Positions 20,154-29,737 of a DNA stretch of 64,000 bases are shown here, in pieces. The translations under genes and the position numbers were made by a program. The notes beneath the pieces were generated by a model that was not told the DNA's origin, searched no databases, and saw nothing but the letters and a program-made list of their open reading frames with translations. Each line of letters begins with the position of its first letter. Within the stretch, counting starts at the first letter, position 1. The stretch covers positions 160,001 through 224,000 of the forward strand of contig CAVZMH010000019.1 in NCBI GenBank assembly GCA_963776345.1. Direction: 5' to 3'. This stretch comes from an uncultured delta proteobacterium. GTDB taxonomy: Bacteria > Myxococcota > Myxococcia > Myxococcales > Myxococcaceae.

Positions 20154-21175
20154 CCGGGCTCCGGACGCTGCTCTTCCTGACGCTGGCCGCTCCGGTGGGT
20201 GTGCTCGGCCCGGCCGCGAGGGGCGCGCCCGCGGAGGGGGCGGCGGATGCGGGCGCCGAGCGTCGCGTGGAGCCGCTGGCGGTGGACCGGCAGGTCATCC
20301 CCGAGGCGGTGCGGCTCGGCGAGCCGTTCGTCTACCGCCTCACCCTGCACCATCCGCCCGGACAGCGGTGGGAGCTGCGCACCCCGCGGGACCTCGGCGG
20401 CTTCGAGCTGCTGGAGCAGAGCCGGACCCGGCAGGACGGAAAGGGGGAGAGCACCACCACCTACCTCCTCAAGATGTCGCTCTTCGCCCTGGGCAGCCAC
20501 GTGCTCCCCACCCTGACCTTCGACGTGGTGGATGCGCAGGGCGGCGGGGTGGCCCGCATCGACGGCCCGGACATCGAGGGGAAGAGCAGCCTCCCCAAGG
20601 ACGCCGATCAGCTGGGGGCCAAGCTCGAGGACATCAAGCCCAACGAGGACGTGCCGGTCCGCAGCTGGCGGTTGCTCTGGTGGCTCGCCGGCGCCGCGGC
20701 GATCGCCGCGCTCGCCTGGCTCGCCCGCCGCGCCTGGCTCCGCCGGCCGAGGCGCCTCGCCCCGGCCGTGCCCCCGCTCCCGCTCGAGGAGCGCATCCGG
20801 CAGGCCCTCGACGCGCTCGAGGCCGAGGGGCTGCCGGCGCGGGGGCTCCAGCGCGAGTTCCACTTCCGGCTGAACGCGCTGGCCCGGGGCTACCTCGGCG
20901 AGCGCTTCGGGTTCGACGCGCTCGAGTGCACCAGCGGCGAGCTGCTCCGCGAGGTGGAGCGCCGCGACTTGCCCGGCGTGGACCAGGCGGGGCTCCAGCG
21001 CTTCGTGGACCAGTGCGACGTGGCCCGCTACGCGCGCGGGGACGTGCCGGTGCCGGCGTGCGCCGGGGCGCTCGCGTTCGCCCGGTCGCTGGTCGAGGCC
21101 ACCCGTCCCGGACCGCCGCCGACCGAGCCGCCCCCCGGGCCGCCGGAGCCGGGGGCCGAGGTGGCCAGGGCGTGA
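20150..21175 (+). CDS. Membrane-anchored Bat-operon accessory protein
   Basis: GTG overlaps the DUF58 stop; signal peptide, Ig-like region, single TM, YLGERFGFDALECTSGEL motif; position in the operon. Confidence 0.7.
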   Translation: MTGLRTLLFLTLAAPVGVLGPAARGAPAEGAADAGAERRVEPLAVDRQVIPEAVRLGEPFVYRLTLHHPPGQRWELRTPRDLGGFELLEQSRTRQDGKGESTTTYLLKMSLFALGSHVLPTLTFDVVDAQGGGVARIDGPDIEGKSSLPKDADQLGAKLEDIKPNEDVPVRSWRLLWWLAGAAAIAALAWLARRAWLRRPRRLAPAVPPLPLEERIRQALDALEAEGLPARGLQREFHFRLNALARGYLGERFGFDALECTSGELLREVERRDLPGVDQAGLQRFVDQCDVARYARGDVPVPACAGALAFARSLVEATRPGPPPTEPPPGPPEPGAEVARA

Positions 21176-22182
21176 TGGCGTTCACCTGGAAGAGCCCGGA
21201 GGCGTTCTGGCTCCTGCTGCTCGTCCCCCTGGTGGGCGCCTGGTCCGTCTGGACCGCGCGGAACCGGGTGGCGGCGCTCCGGTACCCGGTGGCGCGGGTG
21301 CTCGCCGCGGGCGGGCCCGGCCTCCGCGGCACGGCGCGGAAGGCGCTCCCGCTGCTCCGGATGGCCGCGGTGGCGCTGGCGGTCGTCGCGCTCGCCCGGC
21401 CGCAGACGGTGGGCGCGCGGGTGCGGGACCTCTCGGTGGAGGGGATCGACATCATGATCGCCCTCGACCTCTCCACCTCGATGGAGGCCGCCGACTTCCG
21501 CCCGCAGAACCGGATCTACGTCGCCAAGGAGACGCTGAACGAGGTCATCTCCTCCAGGGTGAACGACCGCATCGGCCTGGTGGTCTTCGCCGGCGCGGCC
21601 TACACCCAGGCCCCGCTCACGCTCGACTACGGGGTCCTCCGCGAGGTGGTGAAGCAGCTGCGCACCCGCGTGCTGGAGGACGGGACCGCCATCGGCGACG
21701 CGCTCGCGGTCTCGCTCAACCGGCTCCGCGACTCGGACGCCAAGAGCAAGGTGGTGGTGCTGATCACCGACGGCGACAACAACGCCGGGCGCATCTCGCC
21801 GCTCGACGCCGCGGCGATGGCCAAGGCGCTGCACATCCCGGTCTTCACCATCCTGGTGGGGAAGGGCGGGAAGGTGCCGTTCCCCGACGGGACGGACCTC
21901 TTCGGCAATCCGAGCTACCGCGAGCTGGACATCGCGGTGAACCCGGGCCTGCTCCAGCAGATCTCGAAGATGACCGGCGCCGAGTACTACCGGGCCACCG
22001 ACCGGGAGTCCCTCCGCGCCGGGCTGAACGGGATCCTCGACCGGCTGGACAAGAGCAAGCTGCTCGAGGGGGGCGCGAGCGCCAACTACCAGGAGGAGTT
22101 CCCGCCGTTCCTGCTCGCGGCGTTCCTCTGCGCCGGGCTGGAGCTGCTCCTTCGCTCCACCGTGCTGAGGGTGTTCCCGTGA
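21175..22182 (+). CDS. batA: VWA-domain protein BatA
   Basis: ALARPQ, IALDLSTSM (MIDAS), GTAIGDAL, LITDGDNNAG. Confidence 0.88.
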   Translation: MAFTWKSPEAFWLLLLVPLVGAWSVWTARNRVAALRYPVARVLAAGGPGLRGTARKALPLLRMAAVALAVVALARPQTVGARVRDLSVEGIDIMIALDLSTSMEAADFRPQNRIYVAKETLNEVISSRVNDRIGLVVFAGAAYTQAPLTLDYGVLREVVKQLRTRVLEDGTAIGDALAVSLNRLRDSDAKSKVVVLITDGDNNAGRISPLDAAAMAKALHIPVFTILVGKGGKVPFPDGTDLFGNPSYRELDIAVNPGLLQQISKMTGAEYYRATDRESLRAGLNGILDRLDKSKLLEGGASANYQEEFPPFLLAAFLCAGLELLLRSTVLRVFP

Positions 22183-24092
22183 GCGGGACCGCCTGGCGCT
22201 TCACCGTGCTCGGGTACCCGGTGGGCCTCGGCGCCCCGGAGTGGCTCCTGCTCGGGCTGGTGGCGCTGGCGGTCGGCGCGGTGGCCGCAGCGGCGGCGCT
22301 CCGGCGCCGGGCGGCCGTCCGGCGGCTCCTCGGCGAGCGGCTGGGTGACAGCCTCGCCCCGGGCGTGGAGGTGGCGCGTCCGGTGGTGCGCGCGGTGTCC
22401 ACCGGGCTGTCGCTCCTCCTCTTCGCCCTCGCCCTCGGCCAGCCGCAGTGCGGGAGCCGCGCCGAGCTCACCAAGAAGCGGGGCATCGACGTGGTGGTGG
22501 CCCTGGACGCGAGCCGGTCGATGCGCGCCCGCGACGTGCTCCCCAGCCGGCTGGAGCGGGCCAAGCTCGAGCTCTCCACGCTGCTGGACGAGCTCAAGGG
22601 CGACCGGGTGGCCATCGTGGCCTTCGCCGGCGACGCGTTCGTCCAGTGCCCGCTCACCTCCGACTACGCCGCGGCCAAGCTGTTCCTCCGCGCCATCGAC
22701 CCGGACCAGATGCAGGAGGGCGGGACCAACATCGGCGCGGCGCTGATGACGGCGCAGCGGGTGCTGGAGGGCGCCGACCGCGGGGCGAAGGACCGGGTGG
22801 TCGTGCTGCTCTCGGACGGCGAGGACCTCTCCGGCGAGGTGGGCGAGGCCACCGAGGCGCTGAAGGCGGCCGGGGTCAAGGTGTTCGCCGTGGGCATCGG
22901 CAGCGCCGGCGGCGAGCCCATCCCCCTCCTCGACAAGCAGGGCGAACGCACCGGGTACCTGAAGGACCCGACGACGGGGCAGACGGTCCTCAGCCGGCTG
23001 GACGAGGCCGGCCTGGAGGGCATCGCCCAGGCCACCGGGGGCGAGTACTTCCACCGGACGGGCGCCGTGGCCGTGCCCGAGGTCGCCGCCCGCATCGACC
23101 GGCTGCAGAAGACCGAGCTCGAGAGCCGGATCACCGTCCACTACGACGAGCGGTTCCAGGCGTTCCTGCTCCCCGGCCTCGTCCTCCTGGTGCTCGGGAT
23201 GATCGCCGGCGCACCGAGGCGTCGTCGCTCGACCGCGGTGCTGGGCGCGGGGCTGCTCCTCCTGGCCGCGCCGGCGCGGGCGCTCGGTCCGTTCGAGGCC
23301 AATCCACCCGGCGTGGAGCGCGGGCTGAAGGCGTACGACCAGGGCCGCTTCGAGGACGCGCTCCGCGAGTTCAAGGCCGCCGAGCAGGAGGCGCCCGGGA
23401 ATCCGGCGCTGGAGTACAACCGCGGAAACGCGCTCTACCGGCTCGGGCGCTATGACGAGGCGAGGGAGGCGTACCGGCGGGCGGCCGACGCGGCGGGCCC
23501 CTCTCTCAAGGAGCGAGACCTCTACAACATGGGCAACGCCCTGGCGCAGCTCGGCGACACGCAGGGGGCGATCGGCGCCTACCGGAAGGCGCTGGTGCTC
23601 GAGCCGCGCGACGAGGCGGCCCGGCACAACCTCGAGGTGCTGCTCCGGAAGATTCCGCCTCCGAAGTCGCAATCGGGTGACGGAGGGACGGACGGCGGCC
23701 GGCCGGACGGAGGGCCCCAGGACGGGGGCTCGGACGGGGGCCAGGGCGACGGTGGCCAGTCGGGGGATGGCGGGACGCAGCGCGGCGACGCCGGGACCCG
23801 GGGCGGCGCCGACGGTGGGCCGGCCGACGGTGGCTCGCGGGCCGAGCAGCAGCGGTCGCAGGAGGCCGAGCAGGACGGGGGCATGGACGGGGGGAGCCGC
23901 CCGGACGAGCCCGACGCCGGGCCTCCCGAGCCGGACCTCCTTCGGGACGCGGGAGTGGGGCGGGCCGGAGGGTTCGACCGGAGCGAGGCCGAGCGGCTCC
24001 TCGACGCCATGAGACAGAACGAAAGGAATCTCCAGCTCTGGCGGTTCCAGCAGAAGAAGAGGCAGAGAAAGCCCGATGAGAAGGACTGGTAG
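22179..24092 (+). CDS. VWA plus TPR protein (BatB-BatC fusion)
   Basis: VALDASRSM, GGTNIGAAL, LLSDGED; TPRs (YNRGNALYRLG, YNMGNALAQLG); DGG-rich linker; ends ...EKDW. Confidence 0.85.
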   Translation: MSGTAWRFTVLGYPVGLGAPEWLLLGLVALAVGAVAAAAALRRRAAVRRLLGERLGDSLAPGVEVARPVVRAVSTGLSLLLFALALGQPQCGSRAELTKKRGIDVVVALDASRSMRARDVLPSRLERAKLELSTLLDELKGDRVAIVAFAGDAFVQCPLTSDYAAAKLFLRAIDPDQMQEGGTNIGAALMTAQRVLEGADRGAKDRVVVLLSDGEDLSGEVGEATEALKAAGVKVFAVGIGSAGGEPIPLLDKQGERTGYLKDPTTGQTVLSRLDEAGLEGIAQATGGEYFHRTGAVAVPEVAARIDRLQKTELESRITVHYDERFQAFLLPGLVLLVLGMIAGAPRRRRSTAVLGAGLLLLAAPARALGPFEANPPGVERGLKAYDQGRFEDALREFKAAEQEAPGNPALEYNRGNALYRLGRYDEAREAYRRAADAAGPSLKERDLYNMGNALAQLGDTQGAIGAYRKALVLEPRDEAARHNLEVLLRKIPPPKSQSGDGGTDGGRPDGGPQDGGSDGGQGDGGQSGDGGTQRGDAGTRGGADGGPADGGSRAEQQRSQEAEQDGGMDGGSRPDEPDAGPPEPDLLRDAGVGRAGGFDRSEAERLLDAMRQNERNLQLWRFQQKKRQRKPDEKDW

Positions 24093-25908
24093 CCCCCTCG
24101 CCGCCGCAGCCGTCCTGGCGCTCGCCGCGTCCGCGCTCGCCGCCGAGGCGCCGGTGGTCACCCAAGAGGTGGACCGCACCGAGGTGGGGACGGACGACAT
24201 CTTCGTCCTCACGGTGCGGGCCGTGGACGCGCCCTCGGGCTCGTCGCTGCAGCCGCCGGACGTGCCGACGGTGGAGACCATCGGCACCAGCCGCGGCGTC
24301 GAGAGCAGCATCCGCTTCGGGGGCGGGGGCCCGCGGGTGCAGCAGACCTCCACCCTCAAGGTGAGGATGCGCGCGCTCAAGCCCGGGAAGCTGGTCCTGC
24401 CGCCGGCGGAGCTCCACACAGGGAACGGCGTCTTCAAGTCCCAGACCGTGACGCTGATGGTGAAGAGCGGGCATGTGCCGGGTCCCCAGGGGACCGCGCG
24501 CCGACCCGACCCGTTCGGGATGAGCCCCTTCGGGGACGACGACGAGAACCCGTTCGACGTCTTCCGGCGGCGGCAGCAGGCCGCGGGCGAGCGCGACCTC
24601 TTCCTCCGGGGCGAGCTGGACAAGAAGGAGGTCTACCAGGGCGAGCAGGCCACGCTGTCGCTGTGGATCTACGCCCGGGTGGACCTGAGCCGGGTCGACG
24701 CGGTCACCATGCCCAAGCTGGATGGGTTCTGGACCGAGGACGTGGAGACGCCCAAGGAGCTCACCGGCGAGACGCGGACGGTCGACGGCGTGCCCTACCG
24801 GGCCTACCTCCTCCGTCGGCTCGCGCTCTTCCCGGTGAAGTCCGGCCCGCGGGAGATCGGCTCCGTCGAGGCCGACATCACCACCGGCTTCCTCTTCGCC
24901 GGCCGGCGCGAGCACCGCGCCTCGCAGCCGTTGACCTTGAAGGTGCGGCCGCTGCCCCCGGGCGCGCCCGCGGGATTCCAGCCCAGCGCGGTGGGAGCCT
25001 GGGCGCTCACCGCCGAGCTGACCTCGGGGCGCACCGAGCTCGGGGCGCCGGTGACCCTCCGCATCTCGGTGGAGGGGCGCGGCAACGTGAAGGATCTCGT
25101 CTTGCCCCGGCCGGTGGTGCTGCCCGCCCTGAAGCTGTACGAGCCCACCACCAGCGACAAGACGTCCACCGTGCGGGGACGCATCCAGGGACGCCGGACC
25201 CAGGAGTTCCTCGTCCTTCCCCAGCAGACCGGCACCTTCGAGATTCCCGCGCTGGAGCTCGCCTACTTCGACCCGGAGACGCAGCGCTACGAGCGCGGCC
25301 GGACCGCGCCGCTGACCCTGGTCGTCGTGCCCGGGGCCGGGACGGCCACCGTCGCCGCGCTGCCCGGGCGCACCGAGGAGCCAGTGGCGCACAACGTGCT
25401 CAACGCCACCGCCCTCCGTCCCCTTCGAGTCTCGGCGGCGCTGGACCGGCCGCCGCCGCCCTGGCGCCGGCCGTGGTTCCTGGCCCTGCTCGGGCTGCCT
25501 CCCCTGGTCTTCGCCGGTGCGCTGGCGGGTCAGGCCGTCCAGCGGCACCGGGCGCGGTCCGACCCGCGAGGTGAGCAGCGGCGGCGGGAGCAGCGCGCCC
25601 GCGGACGGCTCGTGGCGCTGAGGACCTCGGGGCAAGGCATGGACGACGTGGCCTTCTCGGCCGAGGTGGACGCGGCGGTGGCCGAGCTGCTCTCGGTCCG
25701 GCTGGGCGCGCCGGTCACCGGACTCACCCGCGAGGCGCTGCGGGCGCGGCTGGCCGAGGCCGGGGCCCCGCCCGAGCTCCAGGCGCGGGTGGTGCGGGTA
25801 CAAGACTCCTGCGACGAGGTGCGCTTCGCGCCCGGCGCCGCCCGGATGGATCGCGCCGCGGTGCTCGACGACGCCGAGGCCCTCGCCGGCGGCTGGGAGG
25901 GCGCCTGA
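24076..25908 (+). CDS. batD: BatD family protein
   Basis: Signal peptide; DKKEVYQGEQ, LALFPVKSG, ISVEGRGN, FEIPALELAYFDP repeated Ig-like units; C-terminal TM. Confidence 0.85.
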   Translation: MRRTGSPLAAAAVLALAASALAAEAPVVTQEVDRTEVGTDDIFVLTVRAVDAPSGSSLQPPDVPTVETIGTSRGVESSIRFGGGGPRVQQTSTLKVRMRALKPGKLVLPPAELHTGNGVFKSQTVTLMVKSGHVPGPQGTARRPDPFGMSPFGDDDENPFDVFRRRQQAAGERDLFLRGELDKKEVYQGEQATLSLWIYARVDLSRVDAVTMPKLDGFWTEDVETPKELTGETRTVDGVPYRAYLLRRLALFPVKSGPREIGSVEADITTGFLFAGRREHRASQPLTLKVRPLPPGAPAGFQPSAVGAWALTAELTSGRTELGAPVTLRISVEGRGNVKDLVLPRPVVLPALKLYEPTTSDKTSTVRGRIQGRRTQEFLVLPQQTGTFEIPALELAYFDPETQRYERGRTAPLTLVVVPGAGTATVAALPGRTEEPVAHNVLNATALRPLRVSAALDRPPPPWRRPWFLALLGLPPLVFAGALAGQAVQRHRARSDPRGEQRRREQRARGRLVALRTSGQGMDDVAFSAEVDAAVAELLSVRLGAPVTGLTREALRARLAEAGAPPELQARVVRVQDSCDEVRFAPGAARMDRAAVLDDAEALAGGWEGA

Positions 25909-26600
25909 TGGCCGGCGACGCCGAGCTGCTCTTCCAGCAGGGGCTCCAGGCCTACGGCCGGGGCGACGTGGCGGCGGCCGAGGACGCCTTCCGCACGCTC
26001 GTCGAGCAGGGCCACGACGGCCCCGACGTCCTCTACAACCTCGGCACCACCGCGCTCGCCCAGGGGAAGATCGGCGAGGCGGTGTACGCGCTGGAGCAGG
26101 CGCGGCGCGCGGGCGGTGGCACGGATGTCGAGGCCAACCTCACCATCGCCCGGGGGCGACAGCTGGATCAGCTGGTGGGCGCCCAGGGCGAGGAGCCCTT
26201 CGTGGAGCGGGTGGCCGCGGCCACCTCTCCGGGGCTGTCGGGCGGGCTGTTCGCCGGGCTCTGGGCGCTCGGGTTCCTGCTGCTGGCGGCGAGGAGGATG
26301 CTGGGCCGCTGGCGGGGGTGGCTGCTCGGAGGGGCGATGTCGGCCCTGGCGCTGAGCGTCCCCGCCGGCGCGGTGCTGGGCGCCCACCTCTGGAGCCAGG
26401 AGGCGGTGCACGAGGGGGTGGTGCTCGCCCGGACCCTCCCGGTCCACGAGGTGCCGGAGGCCCGGAGCAAGGTCTCGTTCGAGCTCCACCCGGGGGTGAA
26501 GCTCCGGATGCTCGACCGCTCCGGGGACTTCGTCCGGGTGCGGCTCCCCAACGGTCTCGAGGGCTGGACGGACCCCGCGGGGGTGTCGCCACTGCGTTGA
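25908..26600 (+). CDS. TPR plus SH3-like protein (BatE-like)
   Basis: TPR N-terminus (LYNLGT), two TM segments, FELHPGVKL...VRVRLPNGLEGW SH3b-like end. Confidence 0.8.
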   Translation: MAGDAELLFQQGLQAYGRGDVAAAEDAFRTLVEQGHDGPDVLYNLGTTALAQGKIGEAVYALEQARRAGGGTDVEANLTIARGRQLDQLVGAQGEEPFVERVAAATSPGLSGGLFAGLWALGFLLLAARRMLGRWRGWLLGGAMSALALSVPAGAVLGAHLWSQEAVHEGVVLARTLPVHEVPEARSKVSFELHPGVKLRMLDRSGDFVRVRLPNGLEGWTDPAGVSPLR

Positions 26601-26650
26601 GGTCCTTGCCTCCGGCGCGAGCGTGCTACATCTCGGGGCTCGACCCTCTC

Positions 26651-27055
26651 GTGGAATCCCGCTCTCCGTTCCGGATCCTGGTGGTGGAGGACGAGCCCGT
26701 CATCCGGGAGCTCGTGCGGAGCATGCTCGACGACGGGCCGGTGGAGGTGGAGACCGCCGGAAACGGCGCCGACGGGCTCCGGCGGGCGCGCGAGTCCCGG
26801 TTCGACCTGGTGCTGCTCGACGTGGTGCTCCCCGGAATGGACGGGCTGACCGTCTGCCGCATGCTGAAGGCCGACCCGGCCACCGCGTCCACTCCGCTCT
26901 ACATGCTCACCGCCAAGACGCGCCGGAGCGACCTCGAGGCCGCGCTGGCGGCGGGGGCCAACGGGTACATCCACAAGCCCTTCCGGGGCTCCGAGCTGAT
27001 GGAGCTGGTGGAGCGGCTGCGGACCGGCGAGGGCGGGACCGTAGGGGATAGCTGA
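26651..27055 (+). CDS. Single-domain response regulator (receiver)
   Basis: RILVVEDE, FDLVLLDVVLPGMDG, MLTAK, YIHKPF. Confidence 0.9.
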   Translation: MESRSPFRILVVEDEPVIRELVRSMLDDGPVEVETAGNGADGLRRARESRFDLVLLDVVLPGMDGLTVCRMLKADPATASTPLYMLTAKTRRSDLEAALAAGANGYIHKPFRGSELMELVERLRTGEGGTVGDS

Positions 27056-27136
27056 CTGCGGCCGCCCTGACCTCGCCGACCATAGGGCCCGACGAGCCCC
27101 TGACCCGGATCTCGACTGCGGCCGCCCTGACCTAGG
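27054..27136 (+). repeat. ~83-bp intergenic repeat, copy 1 (internal 20-bp direct repeat GACTGCGGCCGCCCTGACCT)
   Basis: Closely similar copy at 52886-52967; fills the gap between convergent stop codons. Confidence 0.9.
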
Positions 27137-27458
27137 GGAGCCGCGGGTGGAGGAAGCGGGCGAGGGCGAAGAGGTCGTCCCAGTCCAGCCCGTCGAACTC
27201 CAGCGCCACGCCGGTGGCGTCCTGGCGGACCACCGAGCAGCGGAGCTGCACCAGCCGGTCGCCCGGGAGCGGAAGGGCCACGGTGAGCGACTGGCCCAGG
27301 GGCGCGCGGAGCCCGAGCACGCGCAGACCGGCGAGCGAGATGTCCTCGGCCACGGCCTGGCGGAGCATCCCCGGGCCGCGGATCTCCACCGGCAGGTGGG
27401 CGGCCACGCGCGGGTGCTGGCGTTCGCGGAGTGAACCGAGGTCGGGGGAGTCCGGCAT
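27132..27458 (-). CDS. Single-domain PilZ protein
   Basis: RQHPR (RxxxR) and DISLAG (DxSxxG) c-di-GMP-binding motifs. Confidence 0.85.
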   Translation of the reverse strand: MPDSPDLGSLRERQHPRVAAHLPVEIRGPGMLRQAVAEDISLAGLRVLGLRAPLGQSLTVALPLPGDRLVQLRCSVVRQDATGVALEFDGLDWDDLFALARFLHPRLP

Positions 27459-27633
27459 GGCGGGGCTCCAGCGTGAAGCGACGAGTCGGGCGAGGAGTGT
27501 GAGGGAGGTCGGCCGCCCGGGCAACTTTCCCTCGACCCCACACCCCGGGGGCAGCGCAGTCCGTCTCGCGGCCCGGGCGCTCCGTCCCGCCCGACGGAGT
27601 GTTTCCGCGGGCGTTTCAGGGGGCTGGAGGGCG

Positions 27634-27648
27634 GGCACGGTCCGTGAA
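27634..27648 (+). promoter_or_regulatory. Weak sigma54-like promoter candidate for the T3SS operon
   Basis: GGCACG-N4-GTGAA: the -24 GG is canonical but the -12 reads GA rather than GC; ~40 bp before ATG 27689. Confidence 0.25.
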
Positions 27649-27688
27649 CTGGCCTCCGCCGGTCACCGGGGTGAGGGGGGAGGACACG

Positions 27689-28081
27689 ATGGAGACGCCA
27701 GCGGTCACGGGAAGCGGCGCGACGCAGCCGCCGCAGAAGAAGGGGTTCGGGGACATCCTCGGCTCGGCCCTCGGCGGGTTCGCGAGAGGAGCGGGGGGCG
27801 CGCTGTCGGTGCTCTCGCCGCCGGCGGCGCTGGTCGGGGGTCTCGTCTCGGGGGTGGCGTCGGCCGTCTCGGCGCTCACCGGGGGCGGCGGCGCCCCGGC
27901 GCCGATCCGCTCGGACGCAGACCTGCTCGCGCTCCTGTCGCAGCCCGGGGAGCTGAGCAGCCAGGACTACCTGCGCATCCAGCAGTACATGCAGGCCGAG
28001 GCGCAGCAGTTCACCGCGGTGTCCAACGTCCTCAAGGTGCGCTCGGACTCGGCGAAGGCGGCCATCAACAACATCCGCTAG
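27689..28081 (+). CDS. T3SS needle/filament-like protein (SctF-like C-terminus)
   Basis: GGAGGA RBS; C-terminal YLRIQQYMQAEAQQFTAVSNVLKVRSDSAKAAINNIR resembles SctF needle helices; first gene of the sct operon. Confidence 0.6.
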   Translation: METPAVTGSGATQPPQKKGFGDILGSALGGFARGAGGALSVLSPPAALVGGLVSGVASAVSALTGGGGAPAPIRSDADLLALLSQPGELSSQDYLRIQQYMQAEAQQFTAVSNVLKVRSDSAKAAINNIR

Positions 28082-28083
28082 CC

Positions 28084-28464
28084 ATGGCCATCGAGCGCGT
28101 CGCGACAGCGAGCATCGTCCCTGCCCCGGACCGGGCGCGCGGCGCCTCACCCGCGCCCTTCGAGCTGCAGCGCCGGGAACGGCCGCCCCCGGCGCCGGCC
28201 CCGCTGGAGGTCGAGCCCCACCGGGTGGCGCCGACCAGGAAGCCCCGGGTCGATCCCGGTGCATGGCTGGGCCGGGTGGCGGCGGCCCAGGCGCGGATGG
28301 ACCGCATCCTCGCCCTCGCGGCGTCGGGGCGGACGTTCTCCCCGGCGGAGCTGCTCTTGCTCCAGGCCGGGGTGGCGGAGGCGAGCCAGACGGTGGACCT
28401 CGCCGGCAAGGTGCTGGACCGGGTCAGCGGCGGGGTGAAGACGCTGCTCCAGACGCAGGTGTGA
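28084..28464 (+). CDS. T3SS inner-rod-like protein (SctI/HrpB2-like)
   Basis: C-terminal FSPAELLLLQ...VDLAGKVLDRVSGGVKTLLQTQV; lies between needle-like gene and sctJ. Confidence 0.7.
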   Translation: MAIERVATASIVPAPDRARGASPAPFELQRRERPPPAPAPLEVEPHRVAPTRKPRVDPGAWLGRVAAAQARMDRILALAASGRTFSPAELLLLQAGVAEASQTVDLAGKVLDRVSGGVKTLLQTQV

Positions 28465-29250
28465 CGGTGCGCCCTGCTCTCCTCGCGGTGGTGGCGCTGG
28501 CGGTCTCCTGCGCGTCGCGCGTGCAGCACGGGCTGGACGAGCGGCAGGCGAACGAGATCCAGACCGTGCTGATGGAGCGCGGCTTCCGGGCAGCCAAGGT
28601 GGTGGAGGACGGCCGGCCCCCCACCTGGGCGGTGGAGGTGGAGTCCGCCGACGCCGCCGACGCGGTGCGAGTGCTGGCCGAGCAGGGGCTTCCGCGGGCA
28701 CGTCCGGCGGGCGTCCGGGAGCTGCTCAAGCCCGGGCTGGTGCCGGACCCGGTGGAGCAGCATGCGCTCCTGCTCGAGGCGCAATCCGGAGAGCTGGCGC
28801 GCACGCTCGAGGCGGTGGACGGAGTGGTGTCGGCCCGGGTGCACCTGGTCCGTCCGCAGGCCACCCGCTCCGGGGCGCCCAGCGCGCCGACGAAGGCCGC
28901 GGTGTTCCTCCGGGCGCAGCCGGCGGCGGCCGCCCATCTCCAGGCGATGCGCGACGAGCTCCGGGCGCTGGTGGCCGGCTCGGTCGAGGGCCTCGAGTCC
29001 GCCGCGGTGACGCTGGTCGTCTCCGAGGTGGTGTCCACGGTTCCGCCCCGGGCGCCTGCGCCGGCGCGGTCCGGCTGGGGGCCGGCCCTGCTCGGGGCCC
29101 TGGTGCTCGTGCTCGGGATCGGCGCCGTCGGGGGTTACCTGCTGCTCCACCGTCGTGCTCGCCCGGGGAGCGCGCCCTCGCCGGCGGGGGCGACGCCTCG
29201 CGCTCCGCCCGGTGGTGCAGGCGCCGCTGGCGCGGAGGGAGACCGGATGA
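28461..29250 (+). CDS. sctJ: T3SS inner-membrane ring lipoprotein SctJ; as sequenced it reads through in frame to 29660
   Basis: LAVSC lipobox; HGLDERQANEI, GLVPDPVEQ, GELARTLEAVDGVVSARVHLV; C-terminal TM. End coordinate inferred. Confidence 0.85.
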
Positions 29251-29660
29251 GCCACGACCGCGAGGATGGCGGGCGACGACTCCCCGGCGGAATGCGATCG
29301 GCGTCGCCGACCGTCCCCGCGCAGGGCCTCGAGCTCGAGGCCCTGGTCCACCTGGTGCACGCGCTGGGCGGGGCACGCGCCGGGGCGCTGCTCTCGGGGC
29401 TGGCGGACCCGCTCCGCCAGCGCGCGCTGGCGCTGAAGCGCTCGGTCGAGCGAAGAAGCCAGGCCGAGCGCCACGCCGTGCTGGCCGTGGCCTTCGCCCC
29501 CCGGGAGCCGGGGCCGAGCGCGCCGGGAATTCCGGGCGCCCTGGGCGACCGGGTCCGGGCCCTGTTCGCCAGGAGGGGCGTCCCGGCCGGCGCGGCCGCG
29601 TCCGAGCGCCTGGAGCGCTGGGCGCGGCGCCTCGCCCGCGAGCTGGCCGACCGCCCGTGA
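29247..29660 (+). CDS. Hypothetical T3SS-associated protein (SctK-like position)
   Basis: Own RBS (GGAGGGA) and ATG at 29247, in frame with sctJ; helical Ala/Leu/Arg-rich. Confidence 0.5.
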   Translation: MSHDREDGGRRLPGGMRSASPTVPAQGLELEALVHLVHALGGARAGALLSGLADPLRQRALALKRSVERRSQAERHAVLAVAFAPREPGPSAPGIPGALGDRVRALFARRGVPAGAAASERLERWARRLARELADRP

Positions 29661-29737
29661 GCCAGCACCCGATCGGTCAAGCGCGAGCGGCGAGCAGGGC
29701 CGTCCTCCTGTCAGCCATGCCGCGGCGGCGGCCAGAC

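Noticed and set aside
27054..27136. Possible mini CRISPR array (20-bp repeat, 40-bp spacer, repeat)
   Set aside because: Only two units, the 'spacer' is conserved in the second copy at 52886, and no cas genes are present
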